Made by a program: the position numbers and the translations under genes
Notes under the pieces: model-generated
The model's input: only the letters and a program-made list of their open reading frames with translations
Database searches by the model: none
Told to the model about the DNA's origin: nothing
Shown here: one piece after another, positions 8,752 through 18,236 of the stretch
How the letters are laid out: the number at the start of each line of letters is the position of its first letter
Position numbering within the stretch: the stretch's first letter is position 1
DNA from: Akkermansia muciniphila
GTDB lineage: Bacteria > Verrucomicrobiota > Verrucomicrobiia > Limisphaerales > SXTU01
Direction of reading: 5' to 3'
DNA: 64,000 nucleotides
Assembly: GCA_945874145.1 (NCBI GenBank)
Contig: CAMCFN010000006.1
Location: 16,164-80,163, forward strand

Positions 8752-10274
8752 ACTTCTCCCGCCGCCACTTCCTCCAGACCGGTTCCGCCGCGTCGCTCGC
8801 CGCCGTCGCCGTTGGCTGCGACAAGCTCGAAGTCCCCGACGCCCTGCTCCCCGGACGCCGCGCCGCTGCGCCGCCGGACGGCCCTTACACCGTGCCCGCC
8901 GGCAAGGACATTGACCTCGTCTCGCACGCGTTGAACCGCCTCACCTTCGGCGTGCGACCGTGGGACTACCAACGCACGCGCAAGCTCGGCGTGACCGAGG
9001 AAGCCGCCTTCGCCGCCTTCCTCGACCAGCAGCTCGCGCCTGAGAGAATTGACGACCCCAACTGCGAGAACGCCACGCGCCGCTTCGAGTTGCTCAACGA
9101 GCCGCTCGGCGAACTCTTCGAGTATCAGGAGAAGCATCTCCTCGACGCCCTCGTCCGCAGCACGGTGCTGCGCGCCGTCTTCACCGAGCGCCAGCTCTAC
9201 GAGGTGATGGTCAATTTCTGGAGCGACCACTTCAACATTGACCCCTCCAAGGGCGACGCGAAGTGGCTCAAGGTCGCCGACGACCGCGATGTCATCCGCG
9301 CGCACGCGCTCGGCAAATTCCCCGCGATGCTCCGCGCCTCTGCGCTCAGCCCCGCGATGCTTTGGTATCTCGACGGCCGCGTGAACAAGAAGGCCAACGC
9401 CGCCGAAAAGCCCAACGAAAACTACGCGCGCGAACTGCTGGAGCTGCACACGCTCGGCGTCCACGGCGGCTATTCGCAGAAGGACGTTATGGAAGTCGCC
9501 CGCTGCCTCACCGGCTGGGGCGTGCAGGAAGTTGGCCGCTCGAAGCTGAACCTCGGCAGCGTCGAGTTCAAACCCTTCCAGCACGACCGCGGCGAGAAAG
9601 TCGTCCTCGGCCACGTCATCCCGGCGATTCCCAAGCGCGCCACACCCGAAGAAATCGAAATCCTCGGGCGAGGCGAGCTGGACACCGTGCTCGGCATCAT
9701 CGGCCTGCACCCCTCCACCGCGAAGTTCATCGCCACCAAGCTCTGCCAGCGCTTCATCGCGGACGCCCCGCCCGCCGCCGCCGTCAGCGCGGTCGCGGAG
9801 CAGTTCATTGCGTCCGGCGGCGACATTCCGGCCACGCTGCGCGCGCTCTTCGCCACCGACGCCTTCCTCACCACGCGCGGCAACAAGCTCAAGCGCCCGT
9901 TCCACTACATCGTCTCCACGCTGCGCGCCACGCACGCGACCACCGACGCGGGCCCCTCGATTCAGGACTACCTCCTGCGCATGGGCCACGCGCCCTTCCA
10001 CTACCCGACGCCCGATGGCTACCCGGAGGAAGCCGCGCCGTGGCTGGGCACGCTCCTCTGGCGCTGGAATTTCGCCGTCGCCCTGACCAAGAACGAACTC
10101 GGCAACGCAACCAAGCTCGAAGCCGACAAACTCCGCGCCAGCTTCGCAACCGAGGAAAACCAGATGGCGCACCTGCTAGGCCGCGCGCCCAACGCCGACG
10201 AAATCACCGCCTGCAAGGAATCCGGCGCCCCGCTCGCACTGCTGCTGGCCTCGCCGAGTTTTCAGAAGTGCTGA
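8748..10274 (+). CDS. DUF1800 domain protein with twin-arginine signal
   Basis: MNFSRRHFLQTGSAASLAAVAVGC (Tat-like). DUF1800 core: FWSDHFNI...AMLWYLDG..N......PNENYARELLELHTLGV.GGYSQKDV.EVARCLTGW. Confidence 0.85.
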   Translation: MNFSRRHFLQTGSAASLAAVAVGCDKLEVPDALLPGRRAAAPPDGPYTVPAGKDIDLVSHALNRLTFGVRPWDYQRTRKLGVTEEAAFAAFLDQQLAPERIDDPNCENATRRFELLNEPLGELFEYQEKHLLDALVRSTVLRAVFTERQLYEVMVNFWSDHFNIDPSKGDAKWLKVADDRDVIRAHALGKFPAMLRASALSPAMLWYLDGRVNKKANAAEKPNENYARELLELHTLGVHGGYSQKDVMEVARCLTGWGVQEVGRSKLNLGSVEFKPFQHDRGEKVVLGHVIPAIPKRATPEEIEILGRGELDTVLGIIGLHPSTAKFIATKLCQRFIADAPPAAAVSAVAEQFIASGGDIPATLRALFATDAFLTTRGNKLKRPFHYIVSTLRATHATTDAGPSIQDYLLRMGHAPFHYPTPDGYPEEAAPWLGTLLWRWNFAVALTKNELGNATKLEADKLRASFATEENQMAHLLGRAPNADEITACKESGAPLALLLASPSFQKC

Positions 10275-10376
10275 ACTGCGGTGAACACGGATATGCCCTC
10301 GCTCGGTGAAGCGCCGGTGCCCTTTGTTTGCCAGCTCGCCATTCCCAAGCTCCTCGCGGCGGCATAGGCTGCGCCC

Positions 10377-10961
10377 ATGTCCGAACCGGTTGCTCCGTCC
10401 GACGCCGCTGTCATCGCCGCCATGCGCCACTGGGTAGAAGCGGCGGTCATCGGCCTCAATCTCTGTCCCTTCGCCAAACCAGTTCAGCGCAAGGGACAGG
10501 TGCGCTACGTCGTCAGCAGCGCCCGCACGGAAGACCAGTTGCTGGCCGACCTGCGCACCGAGCTGGCGCATCTGCACGCCACTCCGGCGGAAGTGACGGA
10601 CAACACCCTGCTCATCCATCCGCACGTGCTGGAGGAGTTCTTTGTCTTCCAGGCTTTTCTCTCCCGTGCGGAGGCGACCGTGCGCAAGGCCGGGTTGCGC
10701 GGCGTGATCCAGATCGCCAGCTTCCATCCGCAATACCAGTTCGCCGAGTGCGAGCCGGATGACCTTGGCAATTTCACCAACCGCGCGCCCTACCCCACGC
10801 TGCACTTGCTGCGGGAGGCCAGCATCGAGCAGGCCGTTCAGTCCTATCCAGCCGCCGAGCCCATTTACGAGCGGAACATGGCCACCCTCCAGCAGCTTGG
10901 ACCGGAAGGTTGGGCCGCCTTGCAAATCAAGCCCGCGCCCTCTGGAAAGTCGGACATCTGA
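10377..10961 (+). CDS. DUF1415 family protein
   Basis: WVEAAVIGLNLCPFAKPV...IRYVVS...TLLIHPHVLEEF..F..FL...E..........GVIQIASFHPQYQFA...DD..NFTNRAPYPTLHLLRE matches the DUF1415 consensus as I recall it. Confidence 0.8.
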   Translation: MSEPVAPSDAAVIAAMRHWVEAAVIGLNLCPFAKPVQRKGQVRYVVSSARTEDQLLADLRTELAHLHATPAEVTDNTLLIHPHVLEEFFVFQAFLSRAEATVRKAGLRGVIQIASFHPQYQFAECEPDDLGNFTNRAPYPTLHLLREASIEQAVQSYPAAEPIYERNMATLQQLGPEGWAALQIKPAPSGKSDI

Positions 10962-10979
10962 GCGGGCTGCCAAGCCAGC

Positions 10980-13763
10980 TCATTTCCACGCCTCGTTGAA
11001 GTAACCTGCGCGAACGGCCTCTTCCGGGAAGGTGGACGTGCCGGGTTTCCACGCTTCAGCGCCCGCGCCGAGTTTCATCACCGCCCAGTCGCCATGACGG
11101 GGGAACAGCAGGTAGTTGAACGCGGCGAACTCCTTCTCGTGGAACGTGTGGCCGCTGTTGATGACCACGTAGTGGTCACCCGCGCCGGGAAACGGGCTCG
11201 CATTGATGAGCACGGGCGCGTGGTCCTTCGCAGCGTGGCTTTCCGGCCCGAGCTTCACCGTGTCGCGTGTCCAGGTGACGGGCAGCTTGGGCAGCGCCTT
11301 GGCGATCCATGGGTTGCTGCCGGGGTCGCCGAAGAGGATGAGGTGCTTCGTGCGCACGTCGGCCTCGGTGACCTCCGTGTCGTTCTTCACCTGCAGGTCG
11401 CCGCGCATGTAGCGGGCGAACTCGTAGGCAAAGCGCCGCAGGCTCGCGTCCGCCCACGCACCGACCGCAGGATTCCACGGCGTGCCCGTGCCGCGCACGC
11501 AGAGAAAGGGCGAATCGAAGGCATCGTCAATCGGGCCTTGGACGCCGGGGCGTTTGCCTGCGAGGGGGACGGAGATGCGCGGGCCGGCGAACTTCCATTT
11601 GCCCTGCTCCAGTGCAAAGACCAGCGCCTGGGGTTCGCCCGCTGTCCGCTTCGGCAAAGTAATTTCCGCCCCGGCGATGCGGACTTTTGCGTTGGGCGAA
11701 ACCAGCATCGGCGGGTGAATGGCAAACTGCGCGATGTTCTTCGCGAGGCTCACATCCACTGAACCGTCCTCAGCGGCTTTTGCGACGATTTCCGCCCGCT
11801 CGTAGTGCTCGCCCAGCGCGAGCAATTCCAGCCAATGGCAGCGGTTGTATTTCAACGTCCACGTCACGAAACGCAGCTCCTTGCGCGCGTGGTCCAGGCC
11901 CTTCGCGACGTGCTCGCCGATGCGCCGCATCTGTTCGCGATGCGTCACCGGGTCAATCGTGTGGCCGGTGCCGGGCGAGATGAGGTTCAACATTTCGAGG
12001 CCCTCCTTCGCCATGACCTCGCGCATGTGGACGTGCGACTGGAAGAACACATCCTTGTCTCCAATGGCTCCGATGGCGGGCACGACGCTGGCGTTCGCCG
12101 CGTAATCAATCGAGTCGAGCATGTGCAAGCCGCGCTCCTGATGCACTGGCAGCGGGCCGACCTTGATGAAGCTCGGAATCGGCGTCTCCGAGAAGCGGTG
12201 CGTGTCCACGTAGCCGCAGTAAGGCCCGAGCGCGACGAAGCGGCTGGGGTGCTTCAAGCCAAGATGCCAGGTGCCGGATGCGCCCATGCTCATGCCGCGC
12301 AGCACGATGCGGTCGCGGTCAATCTTGTAGTTCCGACACACGGCCTCGATAGCCTCGAACACATCCGTCTCGCCCGCCCAGCGATAACAATTCTCCACGC
12401 GCCCCAGCGGGTGCAGCTCGATGAAGTCCACGTCCGGCGCGGACTTCGCCGCGTCATCGCCCTCGTCGAAGCGCGCGCCAAATTTCAGCTCGCTCATGCC
12501 CACTGGCTTCGAGCTGCCGTGCAGGACCACATCAAGGCGCATCGGCTTGGAGGCGTCGTAGCGCGCGGGGATGATGACGCCGTAGGGCTGCGTGGAGCCG
12601 TCCACGGTGGAGACGAAGCCGCGAAGGACTTTGCCTTTGCGGGCGGCCCACGGCTGCGTGTTGGCCAACAAGGCGTCGGCACGCTGCTGGCCGCGCGTGA
12701 GGGCTTTCTTGAGCAATGCAACGTCGTTGGTTGCGAGCTTGGTCTCGTAACGCAGCGCCCAAGTGATGCCTTTGTGAAACATATCCGCGTCGGCGAAGCG
12801 GTCGGCCTTCGCAGGTTCAACGAGCGGATTAAAGTCCGAGCGCAGGCGGGCCAGTTTCTCCTGCAAGCGTTTCGCCTCGGAGACAATGAACGGCTGTTCA
12901 TCGCCGGCAGGCGCGGGGAGTGCGACGGAGGCATTTGCTGAACCCGGCAGCTTCACCCCGGCGGCGTTCAGCACAAACTCCAGCGCCGCCGTGGTGTCCT
13001 CGTAAGTCGTCGCGTGCCCACCCGCCTCGCGGTGCAGCAGCAGCGTCTTGCGCCGGGCCTGCTTCAGCTTATCAGCGAGCCGCAGCAGGCTCTGCGGCGG
13101 CACAGCCGTGTCCTTCCCGCCGGTGGTGAAGGACACGGGCATCGTGAATTTCTCCGGCCACAGCTCGGCACTACGCTTCTTGTATTCCTCCGGCACCTGC
13201 GCCTTCGTGCCGCCGAAGGACGCGGCGACGGCGTCCTGGAACTTGTCGTATTCCACGTGGTTCGCCGTGCCGTTCAGACTACACACGCCTGCGACCAGTT
13301 CCGCGTGCAGCGCCGCGAAAGTCAGCACCGCCGTCCCGCCCATTGAGCCGCCCACGAGGAACACGCGCCCGACTTTGTGCCGCTGCCGCAGTTCGGCGAT
13401 GATTTGCACCGTGTCCGCCTCGGCCAGCGGCCCCATCCACGAGGTCTTCGCGCGGTAGTCCGGCGAGACAAAAATCATCCCGAACCGCGCCGCGACATCG
13501 CGCGAGCCACGGCACTCCCCCCGCGCATCGCGGATGAACTGCCAGCGGTCCGACCCGTGCCCGTGAAAGGCGATGAGCACGTCGTGCGGTTCCCTCGCAT
13601 CAAATCCCGGCGGCACCACCTCGACGTAGCGCTGCGTTGTGCCATCGGCCTTCGCGATGAACGCGATGTCCTGCGGCTCACCGGGGGAAGCGGCGAAGGC
13701 CGCGCTGAGGCTCAACCCGAGGGCGAGCGTTGCGATGGCGAAGAGTTGGGATGCGCATTTCAT
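10980..13763 (-). CDS. secreted protein with two alpha/beta-hydrolase (esterase/S9-peptidase-like) domains
   Basis: Signal peptide MKCASQLFAIATLALGLSLSAAFA. Two nucleophile-elbow contexts: VFLVGGSMGGTAV and IVLRGMSMGASGTWHL, each preceded by HG..S motifs. ATG at 13761-13763 directly abuts the MFS stop. Confidence 0.8.
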   Translation of the reverse strand: MKCASQLFAIATLALGLSLSAAFAASPGEPQDIAFIAKADGTTQRYVEVVPPGFDAREPHDVLIAFHGHGSDRWQFIRDARGECRGSRDVAARFGMIFVSPDYRAKTSWMGPLAEADTVQIIAELRQRHKVGRVFLVGGSMGGTAVLTFAALHAELVAGVCSLNGTANHVEYDKFQDAVAASFGGTKAQVPEEYKKRSAELWPEKFTMPVSFTTGGKDTAVPPQSLLRLADKLKQARRKTLLLHREAGGHATTYEDTTAALEFVLNAAGVKLPGSANASVALPAPAGDEQPFIVSEAKRLQEKLARLRSDFNPLVEPAKADRFADADMFHKGITWALRYETKLATNDVALLKKALTRGQQRADALLANTQPWAARKGKVLRGFVSTVDGSTQPYGVIIPARYDASKPMRLDVVLHGSSKPVGMSELKFGARFDEGDDAAKSAPDVDFIELHPLGRVENCYRWAGETDVFEAIEAVCRNYKIDRDRIVLRGMSMGASGTWHLGLKHPSRFVALGPYCGYVDTHRFSETPIPSFIKVGPLPVHQERGLHMLDSIDYAANASVVPAIGAIGDKDVFFQSHVHMREVMAKEGLEMLNLISPGTGHTIDPVTHREQMRRIGEHVAKGLDHARKELRFVTWTLKYNRCHWLELLALGEHYERAEIVAKAAEDGSVDVSLAKNIAQFAIHPPMLVSPNAKVRIAGAEITLPKRTAGEPQALVFALEQGKWKFAGPRISVPLAGKRPGVQGPIDDAFDSPFLCVRGTGTPWNPAVGAWADASLRRFAYEFARYMRGDLQVKNDTEVTEADVRTKHLILFGDPGSNPWIAKALPKLPVTWTRDTVKLGPESHAAKDHAPVLINASPFPGAGDHYVVINSGHTFHEKEFAAFNYLLFPRHGDWAVMKLGAGAEAWKPGTSTFPEEAVRAGYFNEAWK

Positions 13764-15008
13764 TCAGTGAACCCTTTCGTAGTCGCGATGGAACAGGAAC
13801 CGGATGCCCGCGATGACCGCCAGCCCCGCCAGCACGTAGGCCAGCGCGGTGTAGGTGAGCAGATTGTTGATGCCGACGCTCTGCTTGAGTGCGCCGCCCG
13901 CGAGCGTGGCGAAGCCGGAGATGACCGCGCCAAAGAGATTCAGCACGCCCACCGCCGAGGCGCGGGCGTCGGCGGGGACGATTTCAAACGCGGACGGGAA
14001 GATGTTGCCCATGAAGAAGCCGCTGAAGAGGCCGAAGCCCATCGCGGCGATGCGCGTGGCGGCGAGCGTGTCGCTGTTGCCGAGGTAGTGGAGGAACGGC
14101 GCGCAGCCCAGCAGACTCGCGGTGAGGAGCCAGAGACGCGCGGCCTTCGTGCGGCGGTAGAGCTTGTCCGCCAGCACGCCGCCGGAGAGCATCCCGACGA
14201 GCGTTGCGCCTTGGAGGAAGACGGTGGCGTTGAAGGCGGCATCGGCGAGATTCAGCTCGAACTTTTCCTTCAAGAAGTTCGGCAGCCAGCCATAGAGCAG
14301 CCACAGGCCGAAGACGAACACGGGGAAGACCACGCAGAGCAGCCAGTAGGTTCGTGTTTGCGCCAGCCCGGCGAGCGCGCCGGAACCGCCGCTCTTCTTG
14401 GTCTCGACCTGCGCCTCTTCACTCACGCCGCGCAGGAAGGCGAAGTAAGGCAGCGCGAAGACCAGGCCCACCGCGCCGAGCACGAAGAACGCCATGCGCC
14501 ACTGGCCTTGCTGCGCCATCCAGCCGCCGAACCAGCCACCGCCCACGTTGCCGAGGATTTGCGCGGTGGTGAGCGCGGCGATGGCGCGCGAGCGGGTGGC
14601 GGGCGGAAAGGCGTTGGCCGTGAGCGCGATGGCCGCCGGCATGAAGAGAGCCTCGGAGATGCCCATGAGCGCGCGTAGCGCCAGCACCATGTTCGGCGAA
14701 TTCGCCATGCCGGTCGCGATGGTGACGAGGCTCCACAGCGCGAGACTCCACACGATGAGTCGGCGCTTGGAGAATTTGTCCCCAATCTGCCCCGCGAAGA
14801 AGCTGCCGACGCCGTAAATCCAGAGGAAAGAAGCGCCGACGAAGCCGAGCTGTTTGTCCGTGAAGCCGAGGTCGGACTTGAGCACCGGGAACATCGAGAA
14901 CACCGCCTGCCGGTCGCAGTAATTCAGGAAGTAGGCGAACCACATAAAGGCCACCAGCAGCAAAGCTTGGCGGCTGGGCGGCGGCGGAGTGGAAGGCGGT
15001 TCGCTCAC
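13764..15008 (-). CDS. MFS transporter
   Basis: About 12 hydrophobic segments. MFS loop motif GQIGDKFSKRRLI between TM2 and TM3. GTG start at 15006-15008; an alternative ATG (MWFAYF) lies 21 codons downstream. Confidence 0.88.
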   Translation of the reverse strand: MSEPPSTPPPPSRQALLLVAFMWFAYFLNYCDRQAVFSMFPVLKSDLGFTDKQLGFVGASFLWIYGVGSFFAGQIGDKFSKRRLIVWSLALWSLVTIATGMANSPNMVLALRALMGISEALFMPAAIALTANAFPPATRSRAIAALTTAQILGNVGGGWFGGWMAQQGQWRMAFFVLGAVGLVFALPYFAFLRGVSEEAQVETKKSGGSGALAGLAQTRTYWLLCVVFPVFVFGLWLLYGWLPNFLKEKFELNLADAAFNATVFLQGATLVGMLSGGVLADKLYRRTKAARLWLLTASLLGCAPFLHYLGNSDTLAATRIAAMGFGLFSGFFMGNIFPSAFEIVPADARASAVGVLNLFGAVISGFATLAGGALKQSVGINNLLTYTALAYVLAGLAVIAGIRFLFHRDYERVH

Positions 15009-15027
15009 GCGTGCACTGGGTTCACGG

Positions 15028-17640
15028 CTACTTGGACTTGGGCGTGGCTGCTGCCGCCCGGGCTATTTCAGGCGCGGCACGGCTGGTCAGAAACGCGAGC
15101 AAGTCCCGCAACTCCGTGTCCGTGACCGAGGCGACCAGGCCTGCTGGCATGAGCGAGGTTTTCAACTCGGCGCGCTTCACGATGTCGATCGGTTTGAAGC
15201 TGCGCTCCTTGCCGGTGAGGTCGCGGAAGACATCCACGCTCGACGAGCGCAGCAGGATGCCGGTGAACTCGCTGCCATCCTTCAGCTCCAGTTGCGTGGG
15301 GAAGAACTGCGGCGCGACCTCGCGGTTCGGTTCGAGCAGGGATTGCAGGATGGCCCGCTGGTCGCCCTGCTGCGCGACGAGGCTCAGGTCCGGGCCAACG
15401 ACGTTGCCGCGTCCGCTGTGACGGTGGCAGGTGGAGCACATCGCCACACGCGAGTGGAAGAAGATGCGGCGGCCGGCCTCGGCATCTGGCTTGCCCGGCA
15501 GGGCGGCGAGCCGCTTCAACCACGCGACGGTGTCCTCCACCGGCGGGCGGCCAGCCTCAATGGAAGCGGGCTCCAGCAAGGCTTTTACCAGCGACGCGGA
15601 GTCGGGGTGGCGTTTAGCGATGGCTCCGAGCGCCTGCTTGACAGAGGCGTCCAGCGTTTGCGTGCGCAGTGCCCGCAAGGCTTCGTTCCGTAGCGAGGCG
15701 TTGGCGTGCGCGGTGAGGTTTACCAGCAAAGGCAGGTGAACCGGCGTGAGCGCGGAAGCCAGCCCGGCGGTGGCATCAGCGCGAAGTTCGGTGGTGCGCT
15801 TCTCATCCGCAGCAATTTCAGCAAGCACGAGACGCGCATCGTCCGCGTCGCGGGCCGCTAGCGTGCGGACGACTTCGAGCGAGAGGACTGGGTCGTTCGC
15901 GGTGAGCAGCTCGCGCAGGAGCGGCACGGTGAGCTTGGTATGCGTGGCGGGCGCGAGGCGGAGGGCGTAGCCCTTGAGGCGCGCGGGCGTCGCGGCGTCG
16001 GTCACGCGGTCCACCAGCACGGCGGCATCGGTGACGCCGGCCTCGGGCTTGCCGCGCAGCGTGTTCCATGTGGCGAGCGCGGCCTCGAACAGGCGGTAGT
16101 CGAGGTCGGGCCGCGTGAGCATCCGCTCGACGTCGCTGCTGAAGCCGATGAGCACTGCGTCGGCAATCCAGCGCAGGCACTCGAAGCGGATTTCCGGGTC
16201 GGCATCGTTGAGCAGCAGGCGCACCCACTTCTCCTCGCTCAAGTTCACGCGACGCAACGCCACCAGCGCCCACACGCGGTCCTTGGCGGCCAGCCCGCGC
16301 ACGTGCTCAGTCGTCCAGTTCGCGCCGATGCGGGCGAGCGCGGTCAACGCGGCGTCGGCCAGATACGCGTCGCTGCCGCGCACGAGGTCGAAGAGCTGCC
16401 GTTCCGAAGGCTTCGACTTGCCGTCGCGGAGGTTCTTCGCGAGCTGGGCGTCGGGGTTGGGTGGTTCGGCGACCGGCTTGAGCCAGGTTGCCTTCGCCTT
16501 GTCCACCTCCAGCTTCCACAAACGCCCTCGGCCGTGAATGGGATACGAGCTGAACACCCAGTCGTTGAAGTAGAACGCGCCGTCCGGTCCCGTCGCGAGA
16601 CAGGTGGGCCGGAAGAAATCGCTGCCGCGCAACAGCTCGACGCGGCTGGCCGTATAGCCCGCGCCCTTGCGTGTGAGCGGGAAGTAGTCGAGGCGATGAT
16701 TGCTCCACGAGGGCACGAGCACGCCGCCACCCAGCTCGACGATGCTGCACGGCCCCTCGCCGGACGGATGCACCATGCCCAGCGTGCCGCGCAGTTCGCC
16801 GTTCCACGCGACGAACGGATGCACCGGCGCACTGCCATAGACCCATTGATAACCGTAGTCCGCTCCTTCGATGATGTTCAGCAGGCGGCACGGCGGGCGG
16901 CTGCCGGGGTCGTTGTCCACGGCGAACAGCTCGCCGTCCTGGCGCGCGAGCAGGCCGAAGGGATTCCAGAAACCGCGCGCGATGCGGCGCAGGCCCGAGC
17001 CGTCCGGGCGGCAGCGGAAGATGCCGCCTTCGCCCCGGCCCGTGAGCTTCGTGCCGTCGCGGCCCGTGAGGGTCCAGTCCTTCCCGAAGTTCTCGCCGTG
17101 CGAAAACATCAGGTCGCCATCGGGCAGCCAAGCCATCCCGGCGAGGCCGTTGTGCGGATAGTCGGCGACGGTGCCGAGCACGGCGACGTTCTCCGCCACG
17201 TCCGCCACGCCGTCGCCGTCCGAGTCCTTCACGCGCAGGATGCGGCTGCGCTCGGCGAGATACACCCAGCCGCCGGGGCCGAGCTTGAGGTTCATCGTCA
17301 TGTCCGTCTTGTTGTAGAAGACGCGGCGGTTCTTGCCGTCGCGGTCGAAGACCAGCACCTCGTCATGCTCCGGTCCGGCGTAGCCCTGCGGGCGGAAGTG
17401 CGTGTGGCACGACACCGTCCAGATGCGGCCCTGCGCATCCACGTCAATGCCCGTGGGCGTGACCAGCGCGGGATGCTCGGCGAGGAGCGTGAGCTTCACG
17501 CCCGGCTGGAGCAGCTCGATGCGCGGCGGCAACTCAGCGGGGACTTCGGGGGCCTTGGGCGGCGGGGCGGCGAGGAGGGTGAACGGGAGGGCAAGTGCGG
17601 CGAGGAGAATGGCGGCTTTCAAGTTGAGCGTCGGTTTCAT
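15028..17640 (-). CDS. membrane-bound-dehydrogenase-domain / HEAT-repeat / c-type heme-binding domain protein (Pirellula-Verrucomicrobium type)
   Basis: N-terminal beta-propeller-like dehydrogenase domain, central HEAT-like repeats, and a C-terminal CSTCHRHSGRGNVVGPDLS...ILQSLLEPNREVAPQF...MPAGL heme-binding domain. Start trimmed to the ATG at 17638-17640 (MKPTLNLKAAILLAALALPFTLLAA signal). Confidence 0.85.
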   Translation of the reverse strand: MKPTLNLKAAILLAALALPFTLLAAPPPKAPEVPAELPPRIELLQPGVKLTLLAEHPALVTPTGIDVDAQGRIWTVSCHTHFRPQGYAGPEHDEVLVFDRDGKNRRVFYNKTDMTMNLKLGPGGWVYLAERSRILRVKDSDGDGVADVAENVAVLGTVADYPHNGLAGMAWLPDGDLMFSHGENFGKDWTLTGRDGTKLTGRGEGGIFRCRPDGSGLRRIARGFWNPFGLLARQDGELFAVDNDPGSRPPCRLLNIIEGADYGYQWVYGSAPVHPFVAWNGELRGTLGMVHPSGEGPCSIVELGGGVLVPSWSNHRLDYFPLTRKGAGYTASRVELLRGSDFFRPTCLATGPDGAFYFNDWVFSSYPIHGRGRLWKLEVDKAKATWLKPVAEPPNPDAQLAKNLRDGKSKPSERQLFDLVRGSDAYLADAALTALARIGANWTTEHVRGLAAKDRVWALVALRRVNLSEEKWVRLLLNDADPEIRFECLRWIADAVLIGFSSDVERMLTRPDLDYRLFEAALATWNTLRGKPEAGVTDAAVLVDRVTDAATPARLKGYALRLAPATHTKLTVPLLRELLTANDPVLSLEVVRTLAARDADDARLVLAEIAADEKRTTELRADATAGLASALTPVHLPLLVNLTAHANASLRNEALRALRTQTLDASVKQALGAIAKRHPDSASLVKALLEPASIEAGRPPVEDTVAWLKRLAALPGKPDAEAGRRIFFHSRVAMCSTCHRHSGRGNVVGPDLSLVAQQGDQRAILQSLLEPNREVAPQFFPTQLELKDGSEFTGILLRSSSVDVFRDLTGKERSFKPIDIVKRAELKTSLMPAGLVASVTDTELRDLLAFLTSRAAPEIARAAAATPKSK

Positions 17641-17703
17641 TGCTAAACGAAAGAAGTTCACGAGCCACCGTCACGCGATGGCCTGGTCCAACACATCGCA
17701 CGA

Positions 17704-18174
17704 TTAGGCAGGTGTAATCCCAAGGTGTTCATACGCCGATGTAGTGACGGGCAATCCGTGCCTCTTTTCTTGCAGGATGTAATGCCGGAGCTGATCGGCA
17801 GAACTCATCCGGTCAAGCCACGGGATAGCCCATCGCAAAATAATCACGTCCAGCTCACTTCGACGTTGCTCCTCTGGAAGCTCCTGCACGAAGTCGGACA
17901 GTTGAATGAAACGCTTCCTGTCCGGGACAATGGCATCAAGGCGCTCTCGGATGTGACAGTGCGGCTCCGGAGGGCGATCCGAGGTGCCAAGTGCTGTGAT
18001 GTAGATACCCAGGTTGAAGTAAAAGCTACGACTCCACTGAGATCCTTGGATGTTGAAGACGTGGATTAACTCTTTCGTCGGCCGGTGCCATGTCGCACCG
18101 GTCTTCTTGAATCCGGCAGCCTTGAACGCTGGCGCGAACCAAGTCTGTAGGAGTTTGTTCTCTGGAGAGGGCAC
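17704..18174 (-). CDS. DUF4304-like protein
   Basis: FAPAFKAAGFKKTGATWHRP..ELIHVFNIQGSQWSRSFYFNLGIY fits the DUF4304 N-terminal pattern as I recall it. GTG start. The sequence here is visibly more A/T-rich than its flanks. Confidence 0.55.
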   Translation of the reverse strand: MPSPENKLLQTWFAPAFKAAGFKKTGATWHRPTKELIHVFNIQGSQWSRSFYFNLGIYITALGTSDRPPEPHCHIRERLDAIVPDRKRFIQLSDFVQELPEEQRRSELDVIILRWAIPWLDRMSSADQLRHYILQEKRHGLPVTTSAYEHLGITPA

Positions 18175-18236
18175 AGTTACAGACTCAGATTTGTATTGAG
18201 CAGCAGGGATATGGCAATCAATTCACAGCGCATCGC

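Noticed and set aside
8274-10172. 632-aa minus-strand ORF
   Set aside because: It is antisense to the membrane-protein and DUF1800 genes. It has low-complexity G/A/R/E/V composition and no motifs.
15940-17646. 568-aa plus-strand ORF
   Set aside because: It is antisense to the heme-binding dehydrogenase gene. Its composition is that of a shadow ORF.
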